This document shows positions 43,821 through 53,218 of a DNA stretch of 64,000 nt, one piece after another (position 1 is the stretch's first letter; every line of letters begins with the position of its first letter). A model generated the notes under the pieces. It was not told the DNA's origin, did no database searches, and saw nothing but the letters and a program-made list of their open reading frames with translations. This DNA comes from Lachnospiraceae bacterium (GTDB lineage: Bacteria; Bacillota; Clostridia; Lachnospirales; Lachnospiraceae), in assembly GCA_031555935.1 (NCBI GenBank), contig JAVBTX010000023.1:370-64369 (forward strand), written 5' to 3'. The translations under genes were made by a program, and so were the position numbers.

Positions 43821-44576
43821 TTATACGATACGACGCTTATATGCTCTCATTGCAAAGAACCAGGCAATTACTGTAATTCCGACACACCATGCGAGAGCGA
43901 CCCATATATCGTTGCCAACAGGCTCGGAGTTAAAAAGAGCACGGAGGCTTTCAACAATCGAAGTGACCGGTTGATTTTCCGCAAAAACACGAAGTCCACT
44001 CGGCATAGTTTCTGTAGGTACGAAGGTAGAGCTTAAAAACGGTAAAAAAACCACAGGATAGACGAAGGCGTTAGCACCGTCAACCGTTTTCGCTGTCAAA
44101 GCCGCGATTACTGCTAGCCATGTAAGCGCAAGGGTGAAAAGCATTAAGATTGCGACTGCACAGAGCCATTCCAGTATATTTGCACTTGGATGAAAACCCA
44201 CGACTAAAGACACAAGAAAGATAACGACAAATGTCACCAGAGTAGAAACCAGCGATGTAAGCACGTGCCCCCACAGTATGGATGACCGCCCTATTGGCAT
44301 GGCATTAAACCGCGCAATCAGCCCGTTTTTCTTGTCGTTGAACAGTCGGAATGCAGTGTAGGCAACACTCATGCTGACCGTCATCAGCAGTATACCGGGT
44401 AATTGGTAGTTTACATAATTCACACTTTCTGGAAAACTGGTTTTGATTGCTCCACCGAAAACAAACACAAATAACAACATAAATGCAATCGGCTGAATAG
44501 CAACCGTCACAATCGTATCGGGACTGCGAAGAATATGTTTCATTAATCGTCCTGTGAAGATAAATGTATGTTTCAT
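43821..44576 (-). CDS. ABC-2 type transporter permease
   Basis: Six TM segments; FVPTETMP..L..FAENQP. Confidence 0.9.
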   Translation of the reverse strand: MKHTFIFTGRLMKHILRSPDTIVTVAIQPIAFMLLFVFVFGGAIKTSFPESVNYVNYQLPGILLMTVSMSVAYTAFRLFNDKKNGLIARFNAMPIGRSSILWGHVLTSLVSTLVTFVVIFLVSLVVGFHPSANILEWLCAVAILMLFTLALTWLAVIAALTAKTVDGANAFVYPVVFLPFLSSTFVPTETMPSGLRVFAENQPVTSIVESLRALFNSEPVGNDIWVALAWCVGITVIAWFFAMRAYKRRIV

Positions 44577-45340
44577 TGTGCTACCTCTTTCTCCGCTCCG
44601 ATAATTGAGAGGAATATTTCTTCAAGTGTGGGTTGTTTCTCAATGTATTCCTTTTTTGCGGGCGGGAATAAATTTTTAAGTTCTTCGAGCGTGCCATTTG
44701 CGATAATCTTACCACCATGCAGAATGGCGATTTTATCTGCAAGCTGTTCCGCTTCATCTAAATACTGCGTTGTCAGCAAAATTGTCGTACCACCATCCGC
44801 AAGTTCCTTAACGGTTTTCCAAACTTCAATCCGTGCTTCGGGATCAAGCCCCGTCGTAGGTTCGTCGAGAAAAATAACTGAGGGTTTCCCCACAAGACTC
44901 ATGGCTATGTCAAGTCTGCGAGTCATACCTCCGGAATATGTCCCAGTACGTTTGTTGGCAGCTTCTGTAAGTCCGAATTGTTCCAGTAAATGATCCGCAA
45001 CCTCGGCGGGTTTTTTAACACCGCGAAGCTTAGCAATCATCATAATGTTTTCACGCCCTGTGAGAATATCGTCCACGGCAGCAAACTGTCCCGTCAGACT
45101 GATACTTTCGCGTACTTTTCCCGCTTGCCTGCTAATGTCGAAATTGCAGACAGAAACACTCCCGCTGTCTTTTTTGAGAAGCGTAGAAAGAATATTTATA
45201 ATTGTAGTTTTTCCTGCACCATTTGAACCAAGAAGAGCGAAGATTTCACCACGCTGAACCTCAAAATCCACGCCTTTCAATACTTGATGGTCTTTAAAAG
45301 ACTTACGCAGGTCTTTGATCTGAATCGCGGTATCAGTCAT
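44573..45340 (-). CDS. ABC transporter ATP-binding protein (DrrA-like)
   Basis: GSNGAGKT, YSGGM, FLDEPTTGLDP. Confidence 0.93.
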   Translation of the reverse strand: MTDTAIQIKDLRKSFKDHQVLKGVDFEVQRGEIFALLGSNGAGKTTIINILSTLLKKDSGSVSVCNFDISRQAGKVRESISLTGQFAAVDDILTGRENIMMIAKLRGVKKPAEVADHLLEQFGLTEAANKRTGTYSGGMTRRLDIAMSLVGKPSVIFLDEPTTGLDPEARIEVWKTVKELADGGTTILLTTQYLDEAEQLADKIAILHGGKIIANGTLEELKNLFPPAKKEYIEKQPTLEEIFLSIIGAEKEVAQ

Positions 45341-45710
45341 TGTTTTTGTCCTTTCCAAGTTTTTGATGAATATCTCTGTTGAGCTTCTCACGCCAATTTT
45401 CTGTATATGTTTTAGCATTGCGCAAAATCTCGTCGCAGAATCCGGCGACATCCTCACCCGTGATCTCTAAAACATGTTTGCCGTTAGCCACACCGTCTTC
45501 AAACAACTCAATAAGATCATAATGGAGCTGAATCATATCCATTCCGTCCCCACCTGCAAACATCCACATATAATGCTGGATTTTTTCAAAGACGTACCGA
45601 TAATCCTCCGGCAACGCCTTTACCCGTGTCATTTGTTCTTTATACTCTCGCTTATCCTCCATGATTTTTATAGGATTGAGATATGTGTTAAAAAAATCAG
45701 ATAATGACAT
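45333..45710 (-). CDS. DUF1048 family protein
   Basis: RVKALPEDY, LIELFE, ITGEDVAGFCD; located between padR and the ABC genes. Confidence 0.85.
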   Translation of the reverse strand: MSLSDFFNTYLNPIKIMEDKREYKEQMTRVKALPEDYRYVFEKIQHYMWMFAGGDGMDMIQLHYDLIELFEDGVANGKHVLEITGEDVAGFCDEILRNAKTYTENWREKLNRDIHQKLGKDKNND

Positions 45711-45711
45711 T

Positions 45712-46035
45712 CTATTTTTCCTCCTTTAATTGATTGATTTTTGATGCTACAAACTCCCATTTTTCCCAGAATCGCAACAGCTCTCTGCGCCCCTCCTCAT
45801 TGAGAGTGAAAAAATTTCGGGGCGGTCCCTTATCGGATGACTTCCTCTCAATCTCTACCAGTTTGTTTTTTTCAAGCCTAATAAGGATTGTATACACCGT
45901 TCCGTCCACTACATCACTAAATCCTAAAGCATTGAGCTTACGGGTGATTTCATAGCCGTAAGTTTGTCCTCTGCTAATGATTTCTAGTACACAACCCTCT
46001 AACACGCCTTTTAGCATTTCTGTAAGGTTTTCCAT
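45712..46035 (-). CDS. PadR family regulator
   Basis: MLKGVLEGCVL, YGYEI, GTVY..L.RLEK, GPPR. Confidence 0.93.
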   Translation of the reverse strand: MENLTEMLKGVLEGCVLEIISRGQTYGYEITRKLNALGFSDVVDGTVYTILIRLEKNKLVEIERKSSDKGPPRNFFTLNEEGRRELLRFWEKWEFVASKINQLKEEK

Positions 46036-46063
46036 TTCAATAACCATTCCTTTCTCACAACCT

Positions 46064-46132
46064 GCAAACTTGCTGCTGACTTGTCAGCATGCGCAGGCAC
46101 AAATTTGCGTGTGAAAAATCTGTTTTTCACAC
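46064..46132. repeat. Double-hairpin REP-like element in the padR leader
   Basis: GCAAA..TTTGC hairpin abutting a GTGTGAAAAA..TTTTTCACAC hairpin. Confidence 0.55.
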
Positions 46133-46187
46133 TAAACACCTCCACTAAGTAGTAGTCATTATATGCAGTAACACTTAATACCACTAT

Positions 46188-46216
46188 ATTGTATCACGCA
46201 CTAGTCGGCATGTCAA
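46188..46216 (-). promoter_or_regulatory. sigmaA promoter of the padR operon
   Basis: TTGACA-N17-TACAAT with extended TG. Confidence 0.7.
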
Positions 46217-46237
46217 TACAGTAAACGCAAACAACAG

Positions 46238-46272
46238 CAAAGGACGGTGTAGCTTATGCTACACCGTCCTTT
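46238..46272 (-). terminator. Terminator after the DUF1858 gene
   Basis: Perfect IR AAAGGACGGTGTAGC/GCTACACCGTCCTTT. Confidence 0.8.
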
Positions 46273-46324
46273 ATATACGATTACTTCCTTGCGAAACTGC
46301 CCTATTGGGATTTTTTATTTTACT

Positions 46325-46534
46325 CTAGTTTGCTGCTTGTGCCAGAAAATCATTGATGGTTCCAACCAGCTCGTCCGGATTTACACCGTGTACCATTGCT
46401 GCCTCTTCGATTGATTCCATCTGTGAGGATGGGCATCCAAGACAATGCATTCCTATGTTTAAAAGAATTGGTGCAATATTCTCATCTAGCTGAAGTAATT
46501 CGCCGATCATTGTACTTTTTGTTACTTGTGCCAT
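46325..46534 (-). CDS. DUF1858 family protein
   Basis: GMHCLGCPSSQMESIEEAAMVHG. Confidence 0.9.
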   Translation of the reverse strand: MAQVTKSTMIGELLQLDENIAPILLNIGMHCLGCPSSQMESIEEAAMVHGVNPDELVGTINDFLAQAAN

Positions 46535-46696
46535 GTGTTTCTACCTCCTTTTTTATTCATTCGCCTATTATAAGCCTATTTCCGAAAATATGCAATCTTC
46601 TTTTCTTAGCGTTCCCTTTGTTTTTTCCAATATACATAATCTTTTTTGGCTTGTAATATCGCTACGTTTGTATTAAAATGATTGTTAAGCGATTAA

Positions 46697-46903
<207 letters not shown>

Positions 46904-46980
46904 TTAAAATGAGCTGCCGCTTTACGATTTTTAAATCGTAAATGCGACAGCTTTTTTTGGTTTAGCACTAGAAATACGCA

Positions 46981-47643
46981 CTAGGCTCTGGTTGGATTCA
47001 GCTCCTGCTTCTTGCCGAACATCTTACCGTTCTTTTCTTTCTTTTTATGTAGTCCGCGGATTGCCTCATCCAACTTCCGATAGCGAGCCTCTTCCTGCTC
47101 GTCCTGCTCACGCATCAAATAATTCATTTCCTTTAAGACACGGTCACCAACTTGCTCGCCGACTTCTTGTCCCAATGCGCGATTATTTTCTTCAATTGCT
47201 TTTTTGACGATTTGATTCATCATTTCCTGAAACTGATCCAGCTTTGTTTGATTGCTATAGTTGTTTGTCACCTGAACCTGATGTGCTGGATTTTGTTGCA
47301 TCATCGTTGCTGTCGGCCGTTGATTCGTTTGCGGCGGAACCATCTGCGATGAAATCGTCTGCGACGAAACTGACGACTGATTCATCTGCATTGGCTGGAT
47401 TTCGTCCATTTGGTCCATTTCCTCATTGTGTAATATCATTCGAATGGCCTTTAGCTGATATCCTTGCTCTTTTAATTCTTTAATCTGCAAAAATTGATTG
47501 ATATTTTCTTTTGTATAGTAACGGTGTCCCATCTCATTGCGTGGAACCGCCAATTCAAGTTCTTCTTCCCAATATCGTAACACATGTGACTCGACATTTA
47601 CGATTGCCGCTGCATCCGATATCATATAACGTTGCTTGTCCAC
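46981..47643 (-). CDS. MerR-type HTH protein with a Gln-rich linker
   Basis: YMISDAA..V.VESHVLRYWE....RNEMGHRYY; RBS AGGAGG before GTG 47643. Confidence 0.85.
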   Translation of the reverse strand: MDKQRYMISDAAAIVNVESHVLRYWEEELELAVPRNEMGHRYYTKENINQFLQIKELKEQGYQLKAIRMILHNEEMDQMDEIQPMQMNQSSVSSQTISSQMVPPQTNQRPTATMMQQNPAHQVQVTNNYSNQTKLDQFQEMMNQIVKKAIEENNRALGQEVGEQVGDRVLKEMNYLMREQDEQEEARYRKLDEAIRGLHKKKEKNGKMFGKKQELNPTRA

Positions 47644-47872
47644 CAAACTCCTCCTTTTCCCTATTCTTGTCCACATTGGAATTGCCTTACTATATACCAT
47701 ATCTTGTATAATTTTCTTAGGCTTATTCAAATTATATACCATCTTTCCGTATGATGGCAACGCCTTTTCATCGGGCGATTTTGACATAAAAAAACAGATA
47801 CAGCCACCATTTTGACTGTATCTGCAAGGTTATCTTTTTTTCGCTATTTTCCACGCCACGTTTTTCATTTTT

Positions 47873-49204
47873 TTATTTTTCCATGTTGGCGAATTTGGTG
47901 TATTGCGGCAACCAAACAAGGTCGATGGTTCCGATTGGACCATTTCTTTGCTTGGCAATAATTATCTCCGAGATGTTTTTGCGGTCGGTATCTTTGTTAT
48001 AGTAATCATCACGGTAAATAAACATGATGACGTCGGCATCCTGCTCAATCGCTCCCGACTCTCGCAAGTCGGACATCATTGGGCGTTTATCGGGACGCTG
48101 TTCTACCGCACGGCTTAGCTGAGATAAGGCGACGACTGGTACTTGCAGCTCTCTCGCTAAAGATTTTAGCGAACGGGAAATATCCGATATCTCCTGTTGG
48201 CGGTTGTCAGAGTTCTTTCCACTACCACTCATCAACTGTAAGTAGTCAATAATAACTAATTTCAAGTCGTGCTCAAGCTTATACTTTCGGCATTTACTGC
48301 GCAGCTCGGAAATGGAAATACCGGGGGTGTCATCGATAATTAAATGCGAACGACCGACTACTCCGGCACCCTCAATTAATTTTTCCCAATCAGCATCACT
48401 TAAATTACCATTTCTTAACACCTGCGCTTCCACTCGCGACTCCAAGGAAAACAGTCGGTTTACCAACTGCTCCTTCGACATCTCCAAGGAAAATATCGCG
48501 GTTGTCATATCACTGCGAAACGCTACATACTGAGCTATATTTAGAACAAATGCGGTCTTACCCATTGATGGACGAGCCGCTATTAAAATCAAATCCGATG
48601 GCTGCAAACCCGACATCCGGTAATCTAAATCCACAAATCCGGTTGCAATTCCAGTTACGGTTCCTTTCATTTTTGAGGCCTGTTCAATTTTATCGAGTGC
48701 ATTGATAACCACCTGCTTAATGGGAACGTAATCACTATTGGTCCGGTTCTGCAATAGATTAAATACACTTTTCTCAGTATCAGCCAAAATGTCTTCGAGA
48801 TTTTCTTTGCCCAAATAACATTGATTTTCAATATTCTCCGTTACCCGGATTAAGTTTCTTAAAACGGCTTTTTCTTTGACAATGCCAGCATAATATTTTA
48901 CATTTGCCGAGGTCGGAACGGCCGTTACTAAGTCTCTTACATATTCCAGACTACTGATTTCCGGCGGAACGTCCTTTTCTTTTAACTTATTCTGCAAGGT
49001 TATCAAATCGACTGGCTGTCCGCCATTAAATAATTCCACCATTGAGTCAAATAAAATTCCATACTGTTTATGATAAAAATCCTCTGAAATTAGGATTTCG
49101 CCGGCTGCAATTATGGCATCCTTATCCATAATCATCGAACCAATTACGGACTGCTCGGCCTCTAAGCTGTTTGGCATGACCCGCTTTATCAGCGCTTCTT
49201 CCAT
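47873..49204 (-). CDS. dnaB: Replicative DNA helicase
   Basis: AARPSMGKT, IDYLQL, SQLSR, DLRESGAIEQDAD, KQRNGP. Confidence 0.98.
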   Translation of the reverse strand: MEEALIKRVMPNSLEAEQSVIGSMIMDKDAIIAAGEILISEDFYHKQYGILFDSMVELFNGGQPVDLITLQNKLKEKDVPPEISSLEYVRDLVTAVPTSANVKYYAGIVKEKAVLRNLIRVTENIENQCYLGKENLEDILADTEKSVFNLLQNRTNSDYVPIKQVVINALDKIEQASKMKGTVTGIATGFVDLDYRMSGLQPSDLILIAARPSMGKTAFVLNIAQYVAFRSDMTTAIFSLEMSKEQLVNRLFSLESRVEAQVLRNGNLSDADWEKLIEGAGVVGRSHLIIDDTPGISISELRSKCRKYKLEHDLKLVIIDYLQLMSGSGKNSDNRQQEISDISRSLKSLARELQVPVVALSQLSRAVEQRPDKRPMMSDLRESGAIEQDADVIMFIYRDDYYNKDTDRKNISEIIIAKQRNGPIGTIDLVWLPQYTKFANMEK

Positions 49205-49225
49205 TGGTACTGCCTCCTGTACTTC

Positions 49226-49672
49226 TTATTCTTCCGTTACTTTTACTCTTAATATGCCGGTCACCTTTGGGTGAAGCTTCACTGAAACCTCATACGTTCC
49301 GAGCGCTTTAATGCTGTCTTTTAACTGCATCTTCTTTTTATCAATTTCGATTTCTAACTGTGCTTTCACGGCCTGCGCGATTTCCTTCGTTGAAATGGAA
49401 CCGAAGGTACGACCGCCCTCGCCGGCTTTTATTTTCACGGTTACGGCTTTATCTTCTAAAAATGCCGCTAATTCTTTGGCTTTTTCTAAATTTTCCTCGG
49501 CTACCTTATCGGCGTGCTGATTCTGTAATTTTAAGTCATTCATGTTCTTAGAGGTTGCTTCTACTGCCTGTTTTTTGGCAAATAATACATTTCTTGCATA
49601 GGCATCGCTGGCCTCTACGACCTGACCTTTTTTTCCTAATGGTTTTACATCTTGTAATAATATTACTTTCAT
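49226..49672 (-). CDS. rplI: 50S ribosomal protein L9
   Basis: MKVILLQDV..LGKKG, YARN, FGSI. Confidence 0.97.
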   Translation of the reverse strand: MKVILLQDVKPLGKKGQVVEASDAYARNVLFAKKQAVEATSKNMNDLKLQNQHADKVAEENLEKAKELAAFLEDKAVTVKIKAGEGGRTFGSISTKEIAQAVKAQLEIEIDKKKMQLKDSIKALGTYEVSVKLHPKVTGILRVKVTEE

Positions 49673-51723
49673 ATTGTGATTACTCCTTCCTCTAGCATTT
49701 CATCAATTGTTTTGCGAATAATCTGCTTTGCTTCCTGGATGGTGCAGCCGGTTAGCTGACATCCTGCCATATTTAAATGTCCGCCGCCGCCAAAACGTTC
49801 CATAATTAGCTGAACGTTAATCTCATCAATGGAGCGGGAACTTACAAATATTTTACCTGCATACTGGGTAAGTACAAATGACGCCTTGATACCAACGATA
49901 TTGAGCAGCTCATTGGCCGCCTGAGCACCAACTATTGTCGGGCTGGAAATAGTGGCGTCGGTCTGCCATGCTGATATTGCAAATGCCCCTTTATATACAT
50001 CTGCATGGCGAACTACTTCCGCTCTTACCTTATATGTAGCCATATCCTCACGAAGCAGCTTACGGACACGGGTTACTTCCGCCCCGCATCGTCTTAGATA
50101 GGCGGCTGCCTCAAAGGTTCTAACTCCTGTTTTTGACATAAAGTTATTAGTGTCTATTAATATTCCGGCATAGATACAATCGGCTTCGTAAATTTCCAAC
50201 TTAATGTTCTCGGAAAAATATTGCAGCACCTCGGCAATCATCTCGCAAGTTGAAGATGCATAAGGTTCGATGTAGGATAGAATCGGATTCTCTATTACTT
50301 CCGAACTCTGTCGATGATGGTCAAATACGACAATATTATCCGTCCGTGTTAGCAGTCCAGGACACTCCGTATAACTTGGACGGTTCGTATCAACTACCAT
50401 GACCAACGTGTTATAGTCGACGATTTCCAGTGCTTCTTCACTGCTTACAAACATATCTGCTGGATAGCCGTTCTCTTCCGTAAAGTTGTCCTTTAATGGT
50501 TTTAACGAGGTCGTCACTTCATCAATAACGATCTGTGCTTTTTTGCCCAACACCTTTGCTGCACAATATATTCCAATTGCCGCACCAAACGAGTCGATAT
50601 CACCAATACTGTGCCCCATGACAAGTACCCGTTCACGGCTTTCAATAATTTCACGTAACGCATGCGCCTTTACTCTGGCCTTCACCCGTGTATTACGTTC
50701 TACCTGTTTTGCACTTCCACCATAATAGGTGATATTATCGTTTTCTTTCACCACGACCTGATCACCACCACGACCTAAGGCCAAGTCAATTGCCATCCGG
50801 GAGTATTCATAATTTTGATTATAGGTTACGCCCGAATTACCAATTCCGATGCTTAAGGTCACGGCGGTTTCATTACCCACCTTAACAGTCTTAACATCCT
50901 CGATTAAGCTAAACCGATCATGCTCTAGCTTTTTCAAATATTTATGTTTAAATACCACAAAGTATTTATCCTTCTCTATCTTTCGAACCAGACCATCTAT
51001 TTCTAAGAAATATTTATTTACCTTACGGTCTACTAATGCTACCAGCAGTGAACGCTTCACATCCTCAATACTATTTAAGGTTTCTTCATAGTTATCGATA
51101 TAAACCAAGGCAGCAACTAACTTCTGCTCGTCATTTTCCTTAATATAGTGCATTAATTCCGTTTCATCAAATAAATATAATGCCGTTAAAAACTGTTCAC
51201 TTTCCTCGATGGATACAATCGTACTATCTGCTGTCATATCTTCAAAATAAATCTGGCTCAGAGATGCCCGGTAGTTTCGCTCATTATAATTGATATCAAT
51301 ATTTTTAACTTCTTCATCACGTTGGACAATCTCTCTTGTAACTGCTGGAAAAATTGATGTAATTGACTTGTGGTAGCGTTTATCTTTTCCGGTCACTTCG
51401 GCAAATCGCTCATTGACCCATAATATCTTGCCACTATAATCAAGTAGTGCATATGGAATCTCAAAGTCATTTAGCAATTTCTTCTGTACGGTTCCATATT
51501 GGGTTGCAAAGTTTATCAACTCATTTACCAGAACCGGCTTATTATAATGATATGCAAATAATACAATTACAAAATATATAATTACAAAACCAGATACAAC
51601 CGCCCCAGCTTCTTTGCTGACAAAATACATTGGCACGTTCATTACGACCAGCAGAATCGTTAATATCAGCGGCCAGTACATATAATTCTTAAGGTTTCCC
51701 TTTAATTTTATATTTCTTTTCAT
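49669..51723 (-). CDS. gdpP: c-di-AMP phosphodiesterase (DHH/DHHA1)
   Basis: TM-PAS-degenerate GGDEF (RGGDQ)-DHH (FDHHR)-GGGGH; upstream of rplI. Confidence 0.93.
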   Translation of the reverse strand: MKRNIKLKGNLKNYMYWPLILTILLVVMNVPMYFVSKEAGAVVSGFVIIYFVIVLFAYHYNKPVLVNELINFATQYGTVQKKLLNDFEIPYALLDYSGKILWVNERFAEVTGKDKRYHKSITSIFPAVTREIVQRDEEVKNIDINYNERNYRASLSQIYFEDMTADSTIVSIEESEQFLTALYLFDETELMHYIKENDEQKLVAALVYIDNYEETLNSIEDVKRSLLVALVDRKVNKYFLEIDGLVRKIEKDKYFVVFKHKYLKKLEHDRFSLIEDVKTVKVGNETAVTLSIGIGNSGVTYNQNYEYSRMAIDLALGRGGDQVVVKENDNITYYGGSAKQVERNTRVKARVKAHALREIIESRERVLVMGHSIGDIDSFGAAIGIYCAAKVLGKKAQIVIDEVTTSLKPLKDNFTEENGYPADMFVSSEEALEIVDYNTLVMVVDTNRPSYTECPGLLTRTDNIVVFDHHRQSSEVIENPILSYIEPYASSTCEMIAEVLQYFSENIKLEIYEADCIYAGILIDTNNFMSKTGVRTFEAAAYLRRCGAEVTRVRKLLREDMATYKVRAEVVRHADVYKGAFAISAWQTDATISSPTIVGAQAANELLNIVGIKASFVLTQYAGKIFVSSRSIDEINVQLIMERFGGGGHLNMAGCQLTGCTIQEAKQIIRKTIDEMLEEGVITI

Positions 51724-51869
51724 TTTCTAAATCTCCTTATGTCGCCAACAAGGCGGCATTTCATATATACAGAGTATATTATACCATTCTTTGCCTACTT
51801 TTGGAGATACTAAATATGGGTGAACTGCTATGCAATTCGCCCATATCTGGTGTTTTTATTTTGTTCTTT

Positions 51870-52379
51870 TTAGGCTTCTGGTATCTGGTTCACCGCTTCT
51901 AAGACTTCCTCTTCAGTTTCGGCAACGCTTTCTTCCATTTCCTGAACTTTCTTTTCCAGTGCCAGCATCATCATTATTTGCTTCACTTCTTCCGGGCTAA
52001 ATAAATCCAAACACTTCATAATGCTCGCGGGGTCACTCAGGTTAATATGTACGACGCCATCCTTTGTTTTGATACTTTGCCAGTTTCCGTTTGGGTCTTC
52101 GTCGCCGATTGTTATCTCCGTCCCTTTTCCCTCTTCACAGCTAACGGATATTTTGACACCATTGTGTTCAACTTGTTTACTTTCTTCGCCGCTTATTTTC
52201 ATTTGACGAACAATAACACCGATGGAATCCGTCGGCTGAAATTCCTTCGCCTCGCTCTCGCTCAATGTTTCTTTTAGCTTATCGGCAAATGGTATTTCAG
52301 TAGACATATTTGAATTGTTCGACTTTGAATTACCGTCATATACTGATATTCCCCTTGAATATTGATTGTTTATTAACAT
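51870..52379 (-). CDS. Hypothetical acidic protein
   Basis: RBS AGGAGG, downstream hairpin 51813-51848; no family recognised. Confidence 0.75.
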   Translation of the reverse strand: MLINNQYSRGISVYDGNSKSNNSNMSTEIPFADKLKETLSESEAKEFQPTDSIGVIVRQMKISGEESKQVEHNGVKISVSCEEGKGTEITIGDEDPNGNWQSIKTKDGVVHINLSDPASIMKCLDLFSPEEVKQIMMMLALEKKVQEMEESVAETEEEVLEAVNQIPEA

Positions 52380-52419
52380 TTACATCTCCTCCTTTTGCAA
52401 TAGAACGTACCTTATCAAT

Positions 52420-52490
52420 AAAAAAATGGCCCAATAATAATGCATCCTGCATCAGCATCATGCATAAGCAAAATGCTTTATTATCGCGCC
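52420..52490 (-). promoter_or_regulatory. Structured leader: long hairpin plus U7 tract, with GGA motifs
   Basis: GGC..ATAATA..GCAT pairs with ATGC..TATTAT..GCC, followed by A and T7; internal ATGCA-GGA-TGCAT. Confidence 0.45.
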
Positions 52491-52512
52491 TTCCATAGCT
52501 ACCTATGTTACT

Positions 52513-52539
52513 ATATCGACTATTTCCTTTATATACTTA
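52513..52539 (-). promoter_or_regulatory. Putative sigma28/SigD promoter
   Basis: TAAG-N15-GTCGATAT versus consensus TAAA-N15-GCCGATAT. Confidence 0.6.
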
Positions 52540-52561
52540 ACCTTGTTTGATAATTCTTTTC

Positions 52562-52618
52562 TTGACAGAATCGGTTATCTTGATTATACTGAATATATAT
52601 TCAATGAACATTCATTCA
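52562..52618 (+). promoter_or_regulatory. sigmaA promoter with tandem palindromic TetR-type operators
   Basis: TTGACA-N17-TATACT followed by two TGAA-N6-TTCA palindromes (52590-52603, 52605-52618). Confidence 0.7.
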
Positions 52619-52634
52619 ACAAGAGGTGATGGCT

Positions 52635-53204
52635 ATGACAAGAGCAGAACAAAAAGCGAAACGGCAACAAGAAATTTTATTTACCGCGTTGGAGCTATTT
52701 ATCCGCAAAGGATATGCTGCAACCAAAATCAGCGATATTGCTACGGCGGTCGGCATGAGCACCGGATTACTGTTTCATTATTTTGATTCTAAGGAGCATT
52801 TATATGAAGAGTTAATCAGGATGGGGGTTGATGGTCCGAAATCGGTAATGGATATCCCTGGGGAGCCACTGGTTTTCTTCGAAGTAGCCGCAAGAGAAAT
52901 TTTAACTTATATTTCCACCGAGCCATATGTCGCCAAGGTATTTGTTTTGATGAGTCAGGCCCTGCATAACGAATCTATTCCAGAAGGCGCAAAGGCTCTG
53001 CTGGCAAATATGGATAACATCTCCCCTTCGGTGGAAAAGATTATCGCTGGCCAGAATAATCATACGATTCGTGAAGGCAATCCCTATGCTTTAGCGGTTG
53101 CCTTCTGGGCAGCAATTTCAGGAATTGCAGAAATGGTGGCATTAACGCCGGACTGTCCCTGTCCGGAAAGCGAGTGGCTCGTCGATTTAATCCGAGCGAA
53201 ATAA
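52635..53204 (+). CDS. TetR/AcrR family regulator
   Basis: ALELF..KGY.AT.ISDIA..VGMS.GLLFHYF.SKE. Confidence 0.93.
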   Translation: MTRAEQKAKRQQEILFTALELFIRKGYAATKISDIATAVGMSTGLLFHYFDSKEHLYEELIRMGVDGPKSVMDIPGEPLVFFEVAAREILTYISTEPYVAKVFVLMSQALHNESIPEGAKALLANMDNISPSVEKIIAGQNNHTIREGNPYALAVAFWAAISGIAEMVALTPDCPCPESEWLVDLIRAK

Positions 53205-53218
53205 AAGGAGAAAAAATT

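Noticed and set aside
52420-52500. Possible c-di-GMP riboswitch
   Set aside because: No class I GNRA/receptor motifs or class II kink-turn recognised; reported only as an unclassified structured leader.
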